64,000 bases of DNA, taken from an uncultured virus (IMG/VR IMGVR_UViG_3300030329_002885). Lineage: Duplodnaviria; Heunggongvirae; Uroviricota; Caudoviricetes; Crassvirales. The notes beneath the pieces are model-generated. The model was given only the letters and a program-made list of their open reading frames with translations, ran no database searches and was not told where the DNA came from. Positions within the stretch are counted from its first letter, which is position 1, and every line of letters starts with the position of its first letter. Position numbers and translations under genes: made by a program. Location of the stretch: IMG/VR virus record IMGVR_UViG_3300030329_002885. One strand, written 5' to 3'. Of the stretch, positions 36,600 through 47,581 are shown one piece after another.

Positions 36600-36953
36600 A
36601 TGTATACTTATAAGATAGAAGTCGATAGAGTGGTAGATGGTGATACAATAGATGCTACTATAGATTTAGGATTTGACGTATCAGTTAAAAAAAGAATAAG
36701 ATTTATGGGGGTAAATGCTCCAGAATCAAGAACAAGAGATGCTGATGAGAAAGTTAGAGGTTTAGCGGCAAAGAAAAGAGTAGAAGAGCTTTTACAAGAC
36801 GCTGAAGTTATAACTGTTAAATCTCATGGAGTAGGAAAGTTTGGACGATGCTTAGGAGAGTTAATACTAACTCAAGCAGGTGAAGATGTAAATTTAAATG
36901 AATTATTAATTTCTGAAGGACATGCAGTAGAGTACTTCGGAGGAAAACGTTAA
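36600..36953 (+). CDS. Thermonuclease (SNase-like)
   Basis: RVVDGDT, R.R..GVNAPE, GKFGR.LG. Confidence 0.88.
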   Translation: MYTYKIEVDRVVDGDTIDATIDLGFDVSVKKRIRFMGVNAPESRTRDADEKVRGLAAKKRVEELLQDAEVITVKSHGVGKFGRCLGELILTQAGEDVNLNELLISEGHAVEYFGGKR

Positions 36954-36956
36954 AAT

Positions 36957-37061
36957 ATGAAAAGTAAAATTTGTAAATGGATAATGGCTATAACTTTTGG
37001 TTTAATATGCTTTAATTGGTGTGTATGTTGTTGTGGAGCAGATAATTGTTGTAAGCTATGA
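36957..37061 (+). CDS. Tiny Cys-rich peptide (34 aa, 8 Cys)
   Basis: MKSKICKWIMAITFGLICFNWCVCCCGADNCCKL; ATGA overlap with the next ORF. Confidence 0.5.
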   Translation: MKSKICKWIMAITFGLICFNWCVCCCGADNCCKL

Positions 37062-37210
37062 ATTGGATAAATAGTTGGAGACAAGGAAATAAAAAAGATA
37101 ATATATATGATATATCTATAAGACTTGGAAGACTTACAATATTAGAATTATACTGTAATCCAAAAGTAGAGCATAGACTTATTATATTAAATTTTGGATT
37201 TGAATTATAA
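37058..37210 (+). CDS. Small hypothetical protein (50 aa)
   Basis: MNWINSWRQGNKKDNIYDISIRLGRLTILELYCNPKVEHRLIILNFGFEL. Confidence 0.6.
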   Translation: MNWINSWRQGNKKDNIYDISIRLGRLTILELYCNPKVEHRLIILNFGFEL

Positions 37211-37213
37211 AAT

Positions 37214-37423
37214 ATGCCTATTACTAACAAACAAATACACGAAGATCTTCAAGATTTAAAAGAAGACGTAAGATTTATTAAGAAAAGATTACTAGATCCA
37301 GATGACGGAACTATAGCTAGAGTAAATAAGAATACTTCTTTTAGAAAAGGAGCGCAAAAAACTATTTGGTCTATATGGTTAGTTTTAATAGGTATTTTAG
37401 GAAAAATAATATTTTGGGATTAA
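37214..37423 (+). CDS. Small protein with coiled coil and C-terminal TM helix
   Basis: IWSIWLVLIGILGKIIF. Confidence 0.6.
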   Translation: MPITNKQIHEDLQDLKEDVRFIKKRLLDPDDGTIARVNKNTSFRKGAQKTIWSIWLVLIGILGKIIFWD

Positions 37424-37424
37424 A

Positions 37425-37703
37425 ATGGCAAAAGAATTAAATGAAGATACATCTTTTAAGGTAAGTATTAAAACACTTATAGCTATTGGTTTTGGTATGG
37501 CTACTCTTATATCTATGTGGTTTATGCTACAGGCTGATATAGAAGAAGCAAAAGAATTACCTGTACCACCAGCTCCAGATGTAACAAGAATGGAGTTTGA
37601 TATGAAAGATCAAATGATACGTAATACTATTATGGAAACTAAAAAAGATGTTGAAGAAATTAAAAAATCTATGGAAAAAATAGAAGATAAACTTTATAAA
37701 TAA
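37425..37703 (+). CDS. Single-TM plus coiled-coil membrane protein
   Basis: TLIAIGFGMATLISMWFML followed by a coiled coil. Confidence 0.6.
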   Translation: MAKELNEDTSFKVSIKTLIAIGFGMATLISMWFMLQADIEEAKELPVPPAPDVTRMEFDMKDQMIRNTIMETKKDVEEIKKSMEKIEDKLYK

Positions 37704-38059
37704 TGAAAAATTTAATATGGAAAATATTATTGACTTATTCATTTGTTTTGTTTTTATTACTGGGCTCTTTAAATGCCTCAGCGCAGATGACTCTAAAGTA
37801 TTTTAATGCTGATTGGAATAAAGCAAATGGTGTTGAATGGATTAATTCTTTAGACGAAATTAGAACAATTGCTTATATAGATGTAGCTACAGATAAAGAA
37901 GCTCAAACAAAATATAAAATAGCAGTTATACCTACTATTATTATATTTAAAGATGGAGAAGAAGCTATTAGGTTTCAAGCTGATCTTAGTTTTAAAATGG
38001 TAGCAACTAAAGAAGAAGTGCAAGAAGAAATAGATAATTTATTAATGAGTGACTTTTAA
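37703..38059 (+). CDS. Exported thioredoxin-fold protein lacking CxxC
   Basis: Signal peptide ending ASA-Q; YFNADWN where WCxxC would be; KYKIAVIPTIIIFKDGEE..RF. Confidence 0.7.
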   Translation: MKNLIWKILLTYSFVLFLLLGSLNASAQMTLKYFNADWNKANGVEWINSLDEIRTIAYIDVATDKEAQTKYKIAVIPTIIIFKDGEEAIRFQADLSFKMVATKEEVQEEIDNLLMSDF

Positions 38060-38060
38060 T

Positions 38061-38294
38061 ATGTGGAAAATATTTAAAGATAAAAACAATATAAATGAAA
38101 AGAATATAGTCGGTTTTATATCTTTTACTGTAATGGTGCTATTTGCTATAGCAGATTTAGTTACCGGTATAGCTTTTATGGGCTACGTAGGAGACGGAGA
38201 ATTAGTTATTAATGACACTATATACAACTCTTTTGTTTTAGTAACATTAGGGTGTTTTGGTATTAGTGCGTTTGAAAAAGTAAAAACAAAATGA
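38061..38294 (+). CDS. Two-TM small membrane protein (holin-like)
   Basis: Two hydrophobic helices; ends FGISAFEK. Confidence 0.5.
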   Translation: MWKIFKDKNNINEKNIVGFISFTVMVLFAIADLVTGIAFMGYVGDGELVINDTIYNSFVLVTLGCFGISAFEKVKTK

Positions 38295-41200
38295 AAAAAA
38301 TATTATTATTATTACTACTACCTACATTCATCTTTGGTCAAGTAAATACTTTTCCTTGGATTCATGATTTTGATAACGGTATAGGTTTAGAACAAGAAAT
38401 TAATGATGATGGTGATTGGACAATAAATCAAGGTTCAACAACTAGTTTTAATACTGGACCGTCTGAAGATCATACAACTGGTAGTGGCTCATATTACTAC
38501 GTAGAATCATCTTGGCCAAATTATCCTAATAAAACACTTATAACATATACACCAACATTTGATGTATCATCAACACCGGGACAAGTACTATCATTCTGGT
38601 ATCATATGTATGGTACGGAAATGGGGGATTTAGAAATAGGCGTGTTAGATAATAATGGATATACTGTTTTAGACATTAAATCTGGTAACTATGGAAACCA
38701 GTGGCTTTTTGCTTATTATCCAATAGCTTCAACTGATTCATTTAAAATAAAGTTTACAGCTGTAACTGGTGATTTATTTACTAGTGATATAGCTATAGAT
38801 GATTTAATGATTAGTGATCCATTTAGTCCAGCTATAGGATGTATGGATTCAATTGCTTTAAATTATGATCCTAGTGCTATTTATCCTGATGGTTCTTGTA
38901 CGTATCCTCCTTGTGGTGGTTTTATAAGTGCTAATGCTTATGGGCAATGTTGGGGAACACAAGCAGGAATAACATTTGAATGGTGGTCTGATACATCTTC
39001 TGCTAATTGTGATGTAATTGAAATACATTACGGTAACGAAAATGGTTCTATATTTTCTTATTGGGGGTATTGGCCAGCGGCTAATGGATACAATAATTTT
39101 GCTTTAAATGCTGGTAATGGACAAATGCCTCCTAACTGGAGTGTAGAACATTATATAGTATTAGAGTATGCAGATGGAACTTTATCAGATACAATAACTT
39201 ATACGCCATCACCTTGCATACCAGGCTGTACTGATTCAACTCAAATTTCTTATAATCCATTTGCTAATATAGACGATGGTTCTTGTGCTGGTGCTGTGTG
39301 CGATCCAGATAATGAGTATCAAATAACAATGACTATTAGATTAGATAATTGGCCAGGAGAAACTTCTTGGACAATGATGAGTGGAGGTCAAGCAGTAGGA
39401 GATGTCCCACAAGGAACATATGATTACGGTGATATAGGACAAACTTACACTTATGAGTTTTGTGTTGATCAATCAGGATTTGAGCTTATATTAAACGATA
39501 CATATGGTGATGGTATAATGGGTAATGGAACGCCTGGTTCAGCAGGAGAAGTGGTTATATATGATTGTGCTGGAGATACTATAACCTATCTTACATCGGG
39601 CACTTGGTTAGATGCTAGTCAAAATCCTGTTGGTGTTAATTTTGGCTATATAGCTTATTCAACAGTTCAAAATGGAGTTCCTTGTGCTGGGCAAGATACA
39701 ATACTTGGTTGTATAGACCCAACATATCAAGAATATAATCCATTAGCAAATATAGATGATAGTTCATGTGTTAATTTACATGTTTATGGATGTATAGATG
39801 ACACTATGTTTAATTATAATCCTAGTGCAACTATAATGGATTTAGTACCAGTATGTGATTACACATTAATAATAGAAGATGATGCTGCTGATGGATGGGG
39901 TAATTCATATTTAGGTATTACACAAGGAAATAGTAATTGGGCATATACAATGGGACCAGGCTCTTATTCTCAGTCATTTTCAATAAACTTAGAGACAGAT
40001 GAGCCAGTTATAGTTTATTATTTTGAAGTTCCTGGAGCACAGCAGCCTCCACAAGAAGTAGAGTTTCAAACTATGCAAAACTCTTTTGTGTTAATTAATG
40101 CTTATGGAGATACGTTATTAGCAGAGGGAACAAATCCTTTTGCAAATAACGGTCAAGGAGCATTACAGCCTTTTAGTCATCCGTTTTGGAATATATATGA
40201 TGCTATGCCGTCTTGTGGAAATTACTGCGAACCAGTAGTATATGGATGTATGGATTCTACAGCTTATAACTATGATATTGCAGCAAATACTAATGATACA
40301 TGTTATTATGATCCAGGTTGTACAAATCCAGGCTATTTAGAATATTATACTCAAGGATATGTAGCAGGTATAGATGATGGTAGTTGCTTAACTTTAGCAA
40401 TATTTGGATGTACAGATTCTTTAGCATTTAATTATGATATTACAGCTAATATAGATAATGGTGGGTGTATACCAGTTATATTAGGATGTATGAATGAATT
40501 AGCTTTTAATTATAATCCAAACGCAAATACACCAGATACTTGTATACCTGTAGTAGAAGGTTGTACATCTCCTATAGCTTTTAATTATGACTCACTAGCT
40601 AATACTGACGATGGTAGTTGTATAGGTGTAACTTATGGGTGTACAGACACTACTATGTGGAATTATTCTCCTAGTGCTAACGTAGATGACGGTTCTTGTA
40701 TACCTTATATATATGGATGTATGGATCCAACAATGTTTAATTACGATCCTCTTGCAAATACAGATAATGGTAACTGTATTCCATTTATTTATGGGTGTAT
40801 GGATACATTAGCGTTTAATTATGATCCATTAGCAAATACTGATAATGGAAGCTGTATTCCTATTATATTAGGATGTACAAACCCAATAGCTTTAAATTAC
40901 TGTGATAGCTGTAATACTGATGATTTTAGCTGTATACTTCCAATTTACGGATGTACTGACAGTACAATGTTTAACTTTAATCCTTTAGCAAATGTTGACA
41001 ATAATTCTTGTATACCTTTTATCTATGGTTGTACTGATCCTAGCATGCTTAATTACAACCCATCCGCTAATACAGAAGATTTTAGCTGCATTCCTTATAT
41101 TTACGGTTGTATGGATAGTACTGCTCTTAACTTTGATCCATTGGCTAATACTGACAATGGTTCGTGTGTGGCTATTGTTGAAGGCTGCATGGACCAATCG

Positions 41201-41647
41201 GCATATAATTATGATGTACTTGCTAATGTTCACGATAGCATTTCTTGCCTTTACGCTGCTCCTTGTGCCACTGGCCCTGGAAATCCATATTGGCTTAATG
41301 ACCCTTGCTATGCTTGGGTAATTAGTGTAGATGATTATTGTTGTGAAAACGAATGGGATACTATATGTCAATTAACATATAATCACTGTGAGGACGGGTG
41401 GACAGGAGAACTTCCTATATCTAGAACATTAGAAGATAAAATAATATTATATCCTAATCCAACTAAGGATATTGTAAATATAGTTGGGAAAGACTTTAGT
41501 ATTAATGTGTATAATAATCTTGGTCAATTATTGATTACAAAAAATAATCCTACAAGTATTAACTTATCAAGTTATTCTAAAGGAGTTTATATGTTACATA
41601 TAATACAAAATAATAAAATAATAACAAAACAAATAATTAAAGAATAA
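38291..41647 (+). CDS. T9SS-secreted protein: signal peptide, MAM domain, about 17 Cys repeats, type A C-terminal sorting domain
   Basis: MKKILLLLLLPTFIFG-Q; MAM motifs TGPSEDHT.G.G.Y.YVESS, LSFWYHMYG, DIAIDD; CTD LYPNP....VNI...VYN.LGQ...INLS....GVYML.I......TKQIIKE. Confidence 0.85.
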   Translation: MKKILLLLLLPTFIFGQVNTFPWIHDFDNGIGLEQEINDDGDWTINQGSTTSFNTGPSEDHTTGSGSYYYVESSWPNYPNKTLITYTPTFDVSSTPGQVLSFWYHMYGTEMGDLEIGVLDNNGYTVLDIKSGNYGNQWLFAYYPIASTDSFKIKFTAVTGDLFTSDIAIDDLMISDPFSPAIGCMDSIALNYDPSAIYPDGSCTYPPCGGFISANAYGQCWGTQAGITFEWWSDTSSANCDVIEIHYGNENGSIFSYWGYWPAANGYNNFALNAGNGQMPPNWSVEHYIVLEYADGTLSDTITYTPSPCIPGCTDSTQISYNPFANIDDGSCAGAVCDPDNEYQITMTIRLDNWPGETSWTMMSGGQAVGDVPQGTYDYGDIGQTYTYEFCVDQSGFELILNDTYGDGIMGNGTPGSAGEVVIYDCAGDTITYLTSGTWLDASQNPVGVNFGYIAYSTVQNGVPCAGQDTILGCIDPTYQEYNPLANIDDSSCVNLHVYGCIDDTMFNYNPSATIMDLVPVCDYTLIIEDDAADGWGNSYLGITQGNSNWAYTMGPGSYSQSFSINLETDEPVIVYYFEVPGAQQPPQEVEFQTMQNSFVLINAYGDTLLAEGTNPFANNGQGALQPFSHPFWNIYDAMPSCGNYCEPVVYGCMDSTAYNYDIAANTNDTCYYDPGCTNPGYLEYYTQGYVAGIDDGSCLTLAIFGCTDSLAFNYDITANIDNGGCIPVILGCMNELAFNYNPNANTPDTCIPVVEGCTSPIAFNYDSLANTDDGSCIGVTYGCTDTTMWNYSPSANVDDGSCIPYIYGCMDPTMFNYDPLANTDNGNCIPFIYGCMDTLAFNYDPLANTDNGSCIPIILGCTNPIALNYCDSCNTDDFSCILPIYGCTDSTMFNFNPLANVDNNSCIPFIYGCTDPSMLNYNPSANTEDFSCIPYIYGCMDSTALNFDPLANTDNGSCVAIVEGCMDQSAYNYDVLANVHDSISCLYAAPCATGPGNPYWLNDPCYAWVISVDDYCCENEWDTICQLTYNHCEDGWTGELPISRTLEDKIILYPNPTKDIVNIVGKDFSINVYNNLGQLLITKNNPTSINLSSYSKGVYMLHIIQNNKIITKQIIKE
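40243..41250 (+). repeat. Tandem coding repeats of about 78 nt (GC[TM]D..A.NY.P.AN.D.GSC)
   Basis: About 13 consecutive units visible in the translation. Confidence 0.85.
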
Positions 41648-41651
41648 AATT

Positions 41652-42017
41652 ATGGCAACATTAACAACAAAATTAACACTTACAAGCAGCACTGCTACAA
41701 GCGATGCTTTAAATCTTGTAGTAACAGATGTATTAACAGTTGGAGAGCCAACTACAGGAATATCTAGAAAGTCAATAGCAACTGGATCTGCACAAGATGT
41801 ATTAGCAACTAACAGTGCTTTTAGTTATGTTTATATAAAAAATTCTTCTTCAACAAATGCTGCAGCTTGGCTTCAAGTAAAACTTGGGGGAGATGCTAAA
41901 ATAAGATTAGACGTGGAAGAGTTTGCATTTATTCCATTATACAGCGGCCAAACAGTTCAAGCTGAAGCACAAACTGCTGCTTGTGTAATTGAATATGCTC
42001 AATTTAGTAAAGCATAA
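41652..42017 (+). CDS. Small beta-rich structural protein
   Basis: YVYIKN...L..EEFAFIP pattern. Confidence 0.45.
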   Translation: MATLTTKLTLTSSTATSDALNLVVTDVLTVGEPTTGISRKSIATGSAQDVLATNSAFSYVYIKNSSSTNAAAWLQVKLGGDAKIRLDVEEFAFIPLYSGQTVQAEAQTAACVIEYAQFSKA

Positions 42018-42032
42018 ATAAATAAATAAAAT

Positions 42033-42494
42033 ATGAAATTACAAGTACTTAGATTCAGTAGTGAATCTGATTCAACTAACGGATTACTTTTTGATATTAC
42101 AAATGGTATAAAATTTTTAGCCTATACTTTAGAAGATGAGCGAAGAGAAGAAAAAGTTATGAGTGAAACTAGAATTCCAGCTGGAACCTATGAAATAAAA
42201 TTAAGAACAGAAGGTGGGCATCATAATAAATACGCTTCTAGATATGGAAGTATGCATAAAGGTATGTTGTGGTTACAAGATGTTCCTAATTTTAAATGGA
42301 TACTTATACACTGTGGTAATACAGATGAGCATACTGCAGGATGTTTATTAGTAGGTGATAGTCAAGAAAATAATCAAATTAAAACAAATGGTTTTATAGG
42401 TAGTTCTAGCAACGCTTATAAAAGAATATATCCTGCTATAGCTGAAGCTGTAGAAAATGAAGGAGTAACAATAGAATACATAGATTTAGATTAA
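42033..42494 (+). CDS. DUF5675-family protein, candidate cell-wall enzyme or endolysin
   Basis: [39 protein letters not shown]. Confidence 0.75.
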   Translation: MKLQVLRFSSESDSTNGLLFDITNGIKFLAYTLEDERREEKVMSETRIPAGTYEIKLRTEGGHHNKYASRYGSMHKGMLWLQDVPNFKWILIHCGNTDEHTAGCLLVGDSQENNQIKTNGFIGSSSNAYKRIYPAIAEAVENEGVTIEYIDLD

Positions 42495-44149
42495 TGAAAT
42501 GGTTAGGGCAACATATAATAGATATTATCGCTAGATTTCGTAGCGATGTGTATTTAGATGGCCCTAGTGCAGGAGATGTTAATCCAGGTAAATTTCTTGC
42601 TTTAGATTCTAGTAAAAAAATTGTATATAGAACTTCAGATGAATTAAAATCAGATATAGGAGCAGGCGCTGTAAATTTTGACGGATCAACTGCTAATGGT
42701 GTCTTAACTTATAAAGATGCAGATGAAGCAACTGTTGAAAGTAACCTTACATTTGATGGAAGCACTTTAACATTAACAGGTGATTTAGCCGTAACCGGTG
42801 ACAATATAACTTTTGAATCTCCAAACGCTGATGACCCAGCTGTAATTATTAGAAATACAACAAATGATAATCAAGCCGCTAGATTTCAAATGCGAAAAAA
42901 TAGAACTGATGCTCAAGCTGATAATGATCGTGTTGCTGAATTAGATTTTATGGGAGAAGATGCCGGTGGTACTCTCCAACAGTACAGCAAGATAATGGTT
43001 CAAGCTGTAGAAACTAGTGATGGAAGTGAAACTGGTAAAATGAGAGTTCAAGTAGCAGAATATGATGGTACTTTAACTGACGGATTAGTGTTAACTGGTC
43101 AAGATGCAAATGGAGAAATAGATGTAACTATTGGCGCTGGAGCAGCTTCTAATACAACTATAGCTGGTGATTTATCAGTAACAACCGGTTTAATACTTGA
43201 TAGTGTAGATGTAACAGCTATTCAAACATCTGGAGAATCATTTGCTGATAACGATACTAGTTTAATGACATCTGCTGCTATTGATGATAGAATATTATCA
43301 TACGGATATGCTACTGGGGATATAACACAAGTAGCTTTTACTGATGGTAGTAATACAGCAACTTATGCATCTGGAAATGCTAATTTTACTTTTGCAAGTG
43401 GTGAAGGTATTGACACTACAGTTAATGATGGGACTAAAACTGTTACTATAGCAGGAGAAGATGCTAGCACATCTAATAAGGGTGTAGCTAGTTTCGACTC
43501 AGATGATTTTTCTGTAAGTTCTGGTGCTGTCTCTTTAACTGATTTAACTGTAGCTCATTTAGCAGCAGCAGCAATACAAACTGGTTCAGAATCACACAGT
43601 GATAACGATACTAGTCTTATGACGTCAGCCGCTATATTAGATCTTATACAAAGTTCAACATTTTTATGTCATTATCAATTTTTAGGATATGCTATAGGGA
43701 ATGGCTCTACATATGATATGCCTAAAAACTTAACAGATGGTCAATCTCCTTTTGAGCATGATGATCCTAGTAGTGCTGATGGATTAACAATACCAGCTGC
43801 AACTGGTACTAACCAATCAGAAATGATAAGAATGGGAGGTCAATTAATGTCTAGAGCAGGTACATTAACAAAATGGCGAGGTATTGCAACAATGACTAAT
43901 AATAAAGAGTTAACTTTAGGTTTATTTAAATGGACGCCTTCAAATAATAGTGCAGGTGATATGACTCCAGTGTTATTAGACGAAATAGTTATAGATGGTA
44001 AAGGTAATGATTTAACTCTAACCTTTTCTACAACATCTTTTAATCAAACAGCTGTAGCTGAAGGAGATATAATTTTTACACAAATAAAAACAGAAGCTTC
44101 GGGTAACGTAGCATATTTTAATAGTACATTAGAAGTATTACATTCATGA
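42494..44149 (+). CDS. Tail fiber-like protein
   Basis: NLTFDGSTL; duplicated [38 protein letters not shown]. Confidence 0.65.
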   Translation: MKWLGQHIIDIIARFRSDVYLDGPSAGDVNPGKFLALDSSKKIVYRTSDELKSDIGAGAVNFDGSTANGVLTYKDADEATVESNLTFDGSTLTLTGDLAVTGDNITFESPNADDPAVIIRNTTNDNQAARFQMRKNRTDAQADNDRVAELDFMGEDAGGTLQQYSKIMVQAVETSDGSETGKMRVQVAEYDGTLTDGLVLTGQDANGEIDVTIGAGAASNTTIAGDLSVTTGLILDSVDVTAIQTSGESFADNDTSLMTSAAIDDRILSYGYATGDITQVAFTDGSNTATYASGNANFTFASGEGIDTTVNDGTKTVTIAGEDASTSNKGVASFDSDDFSVSSGAVSLTDLTVAHLAAAAIQTGSESHSDNDTSLMTSAAILDLIQSSTFLCHYQFLGYAIGNGSTYDMPKNLTDGQSPFEHDDPSSADGLTIPAATGTNQSEMIRMGGQLMSRAGTLTKWRGIATMTNNKELTLGLFKWTPSNNSAGDMTPVLLDEIVIDGKGNDLTLTFSTTSFNQTAVAEGDIIFTQIKTEASGNVAYFNSTLEVLHS

Positions 44150-44556
44150 GTTCAATATATTTAAATATCACCGGAACTGACGCAGTATGTATTCATGCTG
44201 GAAACCTACAAGTTGAAGGACTACATTCTATTAGATTAGCTAATGTAAATACTTCTAATTCTGTAAGTATTGATTTATATGTTAGTGATAACCATCCTAA
44301 TGTTATCGACACACTGCCTAATTCAGCTAATGACTGGACTCCTGAGTCTGATCCTACAGTTAATTCGTATTATATTCTAAAAACTGTAGTAGTTCCACCA
44401 ACTGTTTCTTTAATTTTAAATGAAGATGAAAGTAATTATGATGTACTTAATTATAAATTATATATAAAACTTACAGGAACAAGCCCAACAGTAGATGTTA
44501 TAATACATGAAAAATTAAGCAATATTAAAAAAAATAAAAAAACAACAAATTATTAA
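44146..44556 (+). CDS. Small structural protein
   Basis: SI.LANV......IDLYV...YYILK.V..P pattern. Confidence 0.45.
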   Translation: MSSIYLNITGTDAVCIHAGNLQVEGLHSIRLANVNTSNSVSIDLYVSDNHPNVIDTLPNSANDWTPESDPTVNSYYILKTVVVPPTVSLILNEDESNYDVLNYKLYIKLTGTSPTVDVIIHEKLSNIKKNKKTTNY

Positions 44557-44559
44557 ATT

Positions 44560-44952
44560 ATGAGTATACTAGGAAAAATATTTAGCGGAGGAGCTGCAGA
44601 TTTAGTTAAAGGTGTAGGAGATGTTATAGATAATTTACATACATCAAAAGAAGAAAAGCTTGCTGCTGAGTTAAAAATAAAAGAGTTAGTAGCTGGCTAC
44701 GAAACTCAAATGGAAAAAGAAATATCTGATAGATGGAAAGCAGATATGAATTCTGATTCTTGGTTAAGTAAAAATGTAAGACCTATGGTATTAATCTTTT
44801 TAGTTGTTAGTACTGTATTAATGATATTTATAGACGCAGGTACAATAAACTTTGACGTTGAATCTAAGTGGACTGACTTGCTACAATTAGTTTTAATCAC
44901 CGTTATTGGTGCTTATTTTGGAGGACGCTCGCTTGAAAAAAGAAAAAAATAA
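44560..44952 (+). CDS. Holin (3TM / GTA-holin-like)
   Basis: RW.ADM.SDSWLSKNVRP...GAYFGGRS.EK. Confidence 0.75.
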   Translation: MSILGKIFSGGAADLVKGVGDVIDNLHTSKEEKLAAELKIKELVAGYETQMEKEISDRWKADMNSDSWLSKNVRPMVLIFLVVSTVLMIFIDAGTINFDVESKWTDLLQLVLITVIGAYFGGRSLEKRKK

Positions 44953-45647
44953 TGACATTAAATGAAATTGCATATAACTTATTAAATTTGGTTAGAGGAG
45001 GAAGATCTAACCATGATGAGCATATATCTCTTGATCAGATAAAGTTTAATATTAAACATTACAGAACTGTTTTTATTAGAAGAGATTATGCTAAAAATGG
45101 ATTTAGCAGTAGGCATACAGAACAAAATTTAGGGTGTGTAGACTTAATGCCAGTAGATGCTACGCAATGCTGTCAATTACCTTCTGATTGTGCTGTCTAT
45201 AGAAGTGTTAAAAAAATACCAAAAACAGTTAGATATAACTTTGAAGAAGCTATAACTTATGTAGGAGATATTACTGGTACTAACACTATACCTATGGTAA
45301 ATTCTAATATGATTCAATTTTTACCTTTTGACAAATACACTAATAAAAAGTATAAAGCGTACATGATTGGAGATTATTTATATATTTATAATGCAGAAGG
45401 ATTAGAAAAAGTAAATGTTAGAGGCGTTTTTGAAAATCCTGAAGATGTATCTCGTTTTGATGAATGTGATGGTGACATTTGTTATGACGATAGCGTTACT
45501 GACTTTCCTCTTCCTATGGATATGTTAAACCTAATTAATCAAGGGTTATTAAATGGAGAGTTAAAGCTATTAGCTACTACTATATCTGATACTACTAATG
45601 ATAGAATGCAGGATATGGGGGCAGCACCACCACAAACTAAAGAATAA
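44952..45647 (+). CDS. Tail ring or adaptor protein
   Basis: TLNEIAY, YLYIYN, V.GVFENP, FP.P.D motifs resemble crAss ring proteins. Confidence 0.65.
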   Translation: MTLNEIAYNLLNLVRGGRSNHDEHISLDQIKFNIKHYRTVFIRRDYAKNGFSSRHTEQNLGCVDLMPVDATQCCQLPSDCAVYRSVKKIPKTVRYNFEEAITYVGDITGTNTIPMVNSNMIQFLPFDKYTNKKYKAYMIGDYLYIYNAEGLEKVNVRGVFENPEDVSRFDECDGDICYDDSVTDFPLPMDMLNLINQGLLNGELKLLATTISDTTNDRMQDMGAAPPQTKE

Positions 45648-45678
45648 ATAATAACGTAAAATTAAAAATAAAAATAAA

Positions 45679-46224
45679 ATGGGAGGCAAAAGAAAATTAA
45701 TGAAAAAAGAAAAAATGATGTATCAAACAGGAGGAGAGTCTGATGCAAAAAAAGCTGCTAGAAAAAATGTTGTTAAAGACATAAACATAACAACAGATAT
45801 GACTAAAGAAAAAAAGTTTAGAAAAAAAGCTAAAAAAAGATTAGCAAAGGGAAAAAATATAGATAAATTAATAGAGAGAAATCTAAAACGAAAAGAAAAA
45901 CAAAATTTAAAAGATTTACCAAAGCCAAATAAGAAAGACACAATGTATCAAAAAGGAGGAAAATCTTCAGAAGGTCTTAAAAAAGGTCTAATGGCGCTAT
46001 ATGAAAATAGAAAAGCCGCAGGACTACTAACAACAGTTCAAGATACAACAAGAAGAGATACTGCAACTCCAGTGGACACCAAATCACCAAAGCATAAGAA
46101 AAAATATAATAAAAAACTAGTAGGCGGTAAAACGAAAAAAATGATGGGTGGAGGAATGAAAAAGATGATGTATAAGTCAGGTGGATTCTTAGAGCCAGGT
46201 ATTCCTAATATAGACGATTTATAA
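45679..46224 (+). CDS. Very lysine-rich protein with repeated MYxxGG motifs
   Basis: MMYQTGG, TMYQKGG, MMYKSGG; highly basic. Confidence 0.6.
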   Translation: MGGKRKLMKKEKMMYQTGGESDAKKAARKNVVKDINITTDMTKEKKFRKKAKKRLAKGKNIDKLIERNLKRKEKQNLKDLPKPNKKDTMYQKGGKSSEGLKKGLMALYENRKAAGLLTTVQDTTRRDTATPVDTKSPKHKKKYNKKLVGGKTKKMMGGGMKKMMYKSGGFLEPGIPNIDDL

Positions 46225-46225
46225 A

Positions 46226-46699
46226 ATGACACATAATCTTTCAGATATATATAAAGACTATACAGATAAGTATGGAGATATAGATAAAGCTATATTTTCA
46301 GATATTTGTCATGAGTTTAATATTATGATTATAGATTATATACTAGAAGGCAAAGAATTTAACATGGGTAATAATTTGTCTACATTATCTATAATAAAGA
46401 AAGATAGAGATCCTCGATCTCCTAGATTAGATTGGGGAGAAAGTAATAAGTATAAAAAAGAACTCCTAGAAGAAGGTCAACTTTTATACAATTCAGAAAC
46501 AGGTAAAGGTGTTAAATGGCATATTTATCATACTGACAAATTTTACTGTAAGTACTATTGGAGGAAAAGTAAATGTAAAATAAAAAATAAGTCAGTATAT
46601 AGATTTGATGCTACAAGAGGGATAAAAGGAAATAAAGAAAAACTAATAACTCTTTTAAAAAAAGATGAATTAGCTTATTTAAAATTTAGAAAACACTAG
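46226..46699 (+). CDS. IHF-like protein of the crAss tail block
   Basis: I..FN..I...IL.G..F.M...L......DW..S; lies just before the tail tubular gene. Confidence 0.6.
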   Translation: MTHNLSDIYKDYTDKYGDIDKAIFSDICHEFNIMIIDYILEGKEFNMGNNLSTLSIIKKDRDPRSPRLDWGESNKYKKELLEEGQLLYNSETGKGVKWHIYHTDKFYCKYYWRKSKCKIKNKSVYRFDATRGIKGNKEKLITLLKKDELAYLKFRKH

Positions 46700-46701
46700 T
46701 T

Positions 46702-47577
46702 ATGGCGGTATATAAAACAACATCAAGTAAAACACTAATAAGAAAGATTTTTAGAGATCTTAAGCCAGATAGAGATAACTGGATAGATGATGCTATTGAA
46801 TGGATAGGAGAAGCTTTAGAACATATAGGATCTGCAACACAATTAAATCAAAAACAATGTGTTTTGACAGTAGAAGATCATAAAGTATTATTACCTACAG
46901 ATTTATACTATATTAATCAAGTAGCAATTAATAGCTCAGTATCACCTGCAGCATCTAAAGAGTTAGATACACTAACAACAAAAGTAACAGAACTACAAGA
47001 AGCAATAGTTGCAGCACAAGCAGATGGTTTAGAATATTCTACAACAGCATCTGTTTTGCATGAGATTAATAGTAGAATAGTAGTTTTAGAAAATATTTAC
47101 TTTAAAGATAGTAATCAAATGCAGCCATTACAATATGGTGCAAGCACATTTCACAGAAGTATGCATTGTGATAACTGTGTAAATGAAAATATAAATTATG
47201 AAGATACTTATATAGTAGATAATGACTATATAAAAACATCTTTTCAAAGCGGTAAGATATGTTTAAGTTATATGGCGTTTCCAACAGATGAAGACTGTTT
47301 TCCTTTGGTACCAGACGACATAAGTTTTAAAGAAGCTTTATTTTGGTATGTATATAAAAAGATTTTATTATCAAATCCACAGTTTAAAAATAATGGAATA
47401 GATTATTCTTTTGCAGAGCAGCAATGGAAATATTATTGTACACAAGCTAGAAACGCAGCTAATTACCCAGATATAGATAAGTATGAATCTTATATGAATC
47501 AATGGGTTAGAATGATACCTAATATTAATAGGCATGATGTAGGTTTTGAACAATTAAATACAAGAGAAAGTTTATAG
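46702..47577 (+). CDS. Tail tubular protein (P22 gp4-like)
   Basis: EWIGEAL..IG, LP.D, I.TSF..G...LSY...P.DE...P.VPD, W..YC.QA. Confidence 0.75.
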   Translation: MAVYKTTSSKTLIRKIFRDLKPDRDNWIDDAIEWIGEALEHIGSATQLNQKQCVLTVEDHKVLLPTDLYYINQVAINSSVSPAASKELDTLTTKVTELQEAIVAAQADGLEYSTTASVLHEINSRIVVLENIYFKDSNQMQPLQYGASTFHRSMHCDNCVNENINYEDTYIVDNDYIKTSFQSGKICLSYMAFPTDEDCFPLVPDDISFKEALFWYVYKKILLSNPQFKNNGIDYSFAEQQWKYYCTQARNAANYPDIDKYESYMNQWVRMIPNINRHDVGFEQLNTRESL

Positions 47578-47581
47578 AAGA

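Noticed and set aside
40243..41250. Diversity-generating retroelement repeats
   Set aside because: The repeats differ at all base types, and no reverse transcriptase is present in the window.
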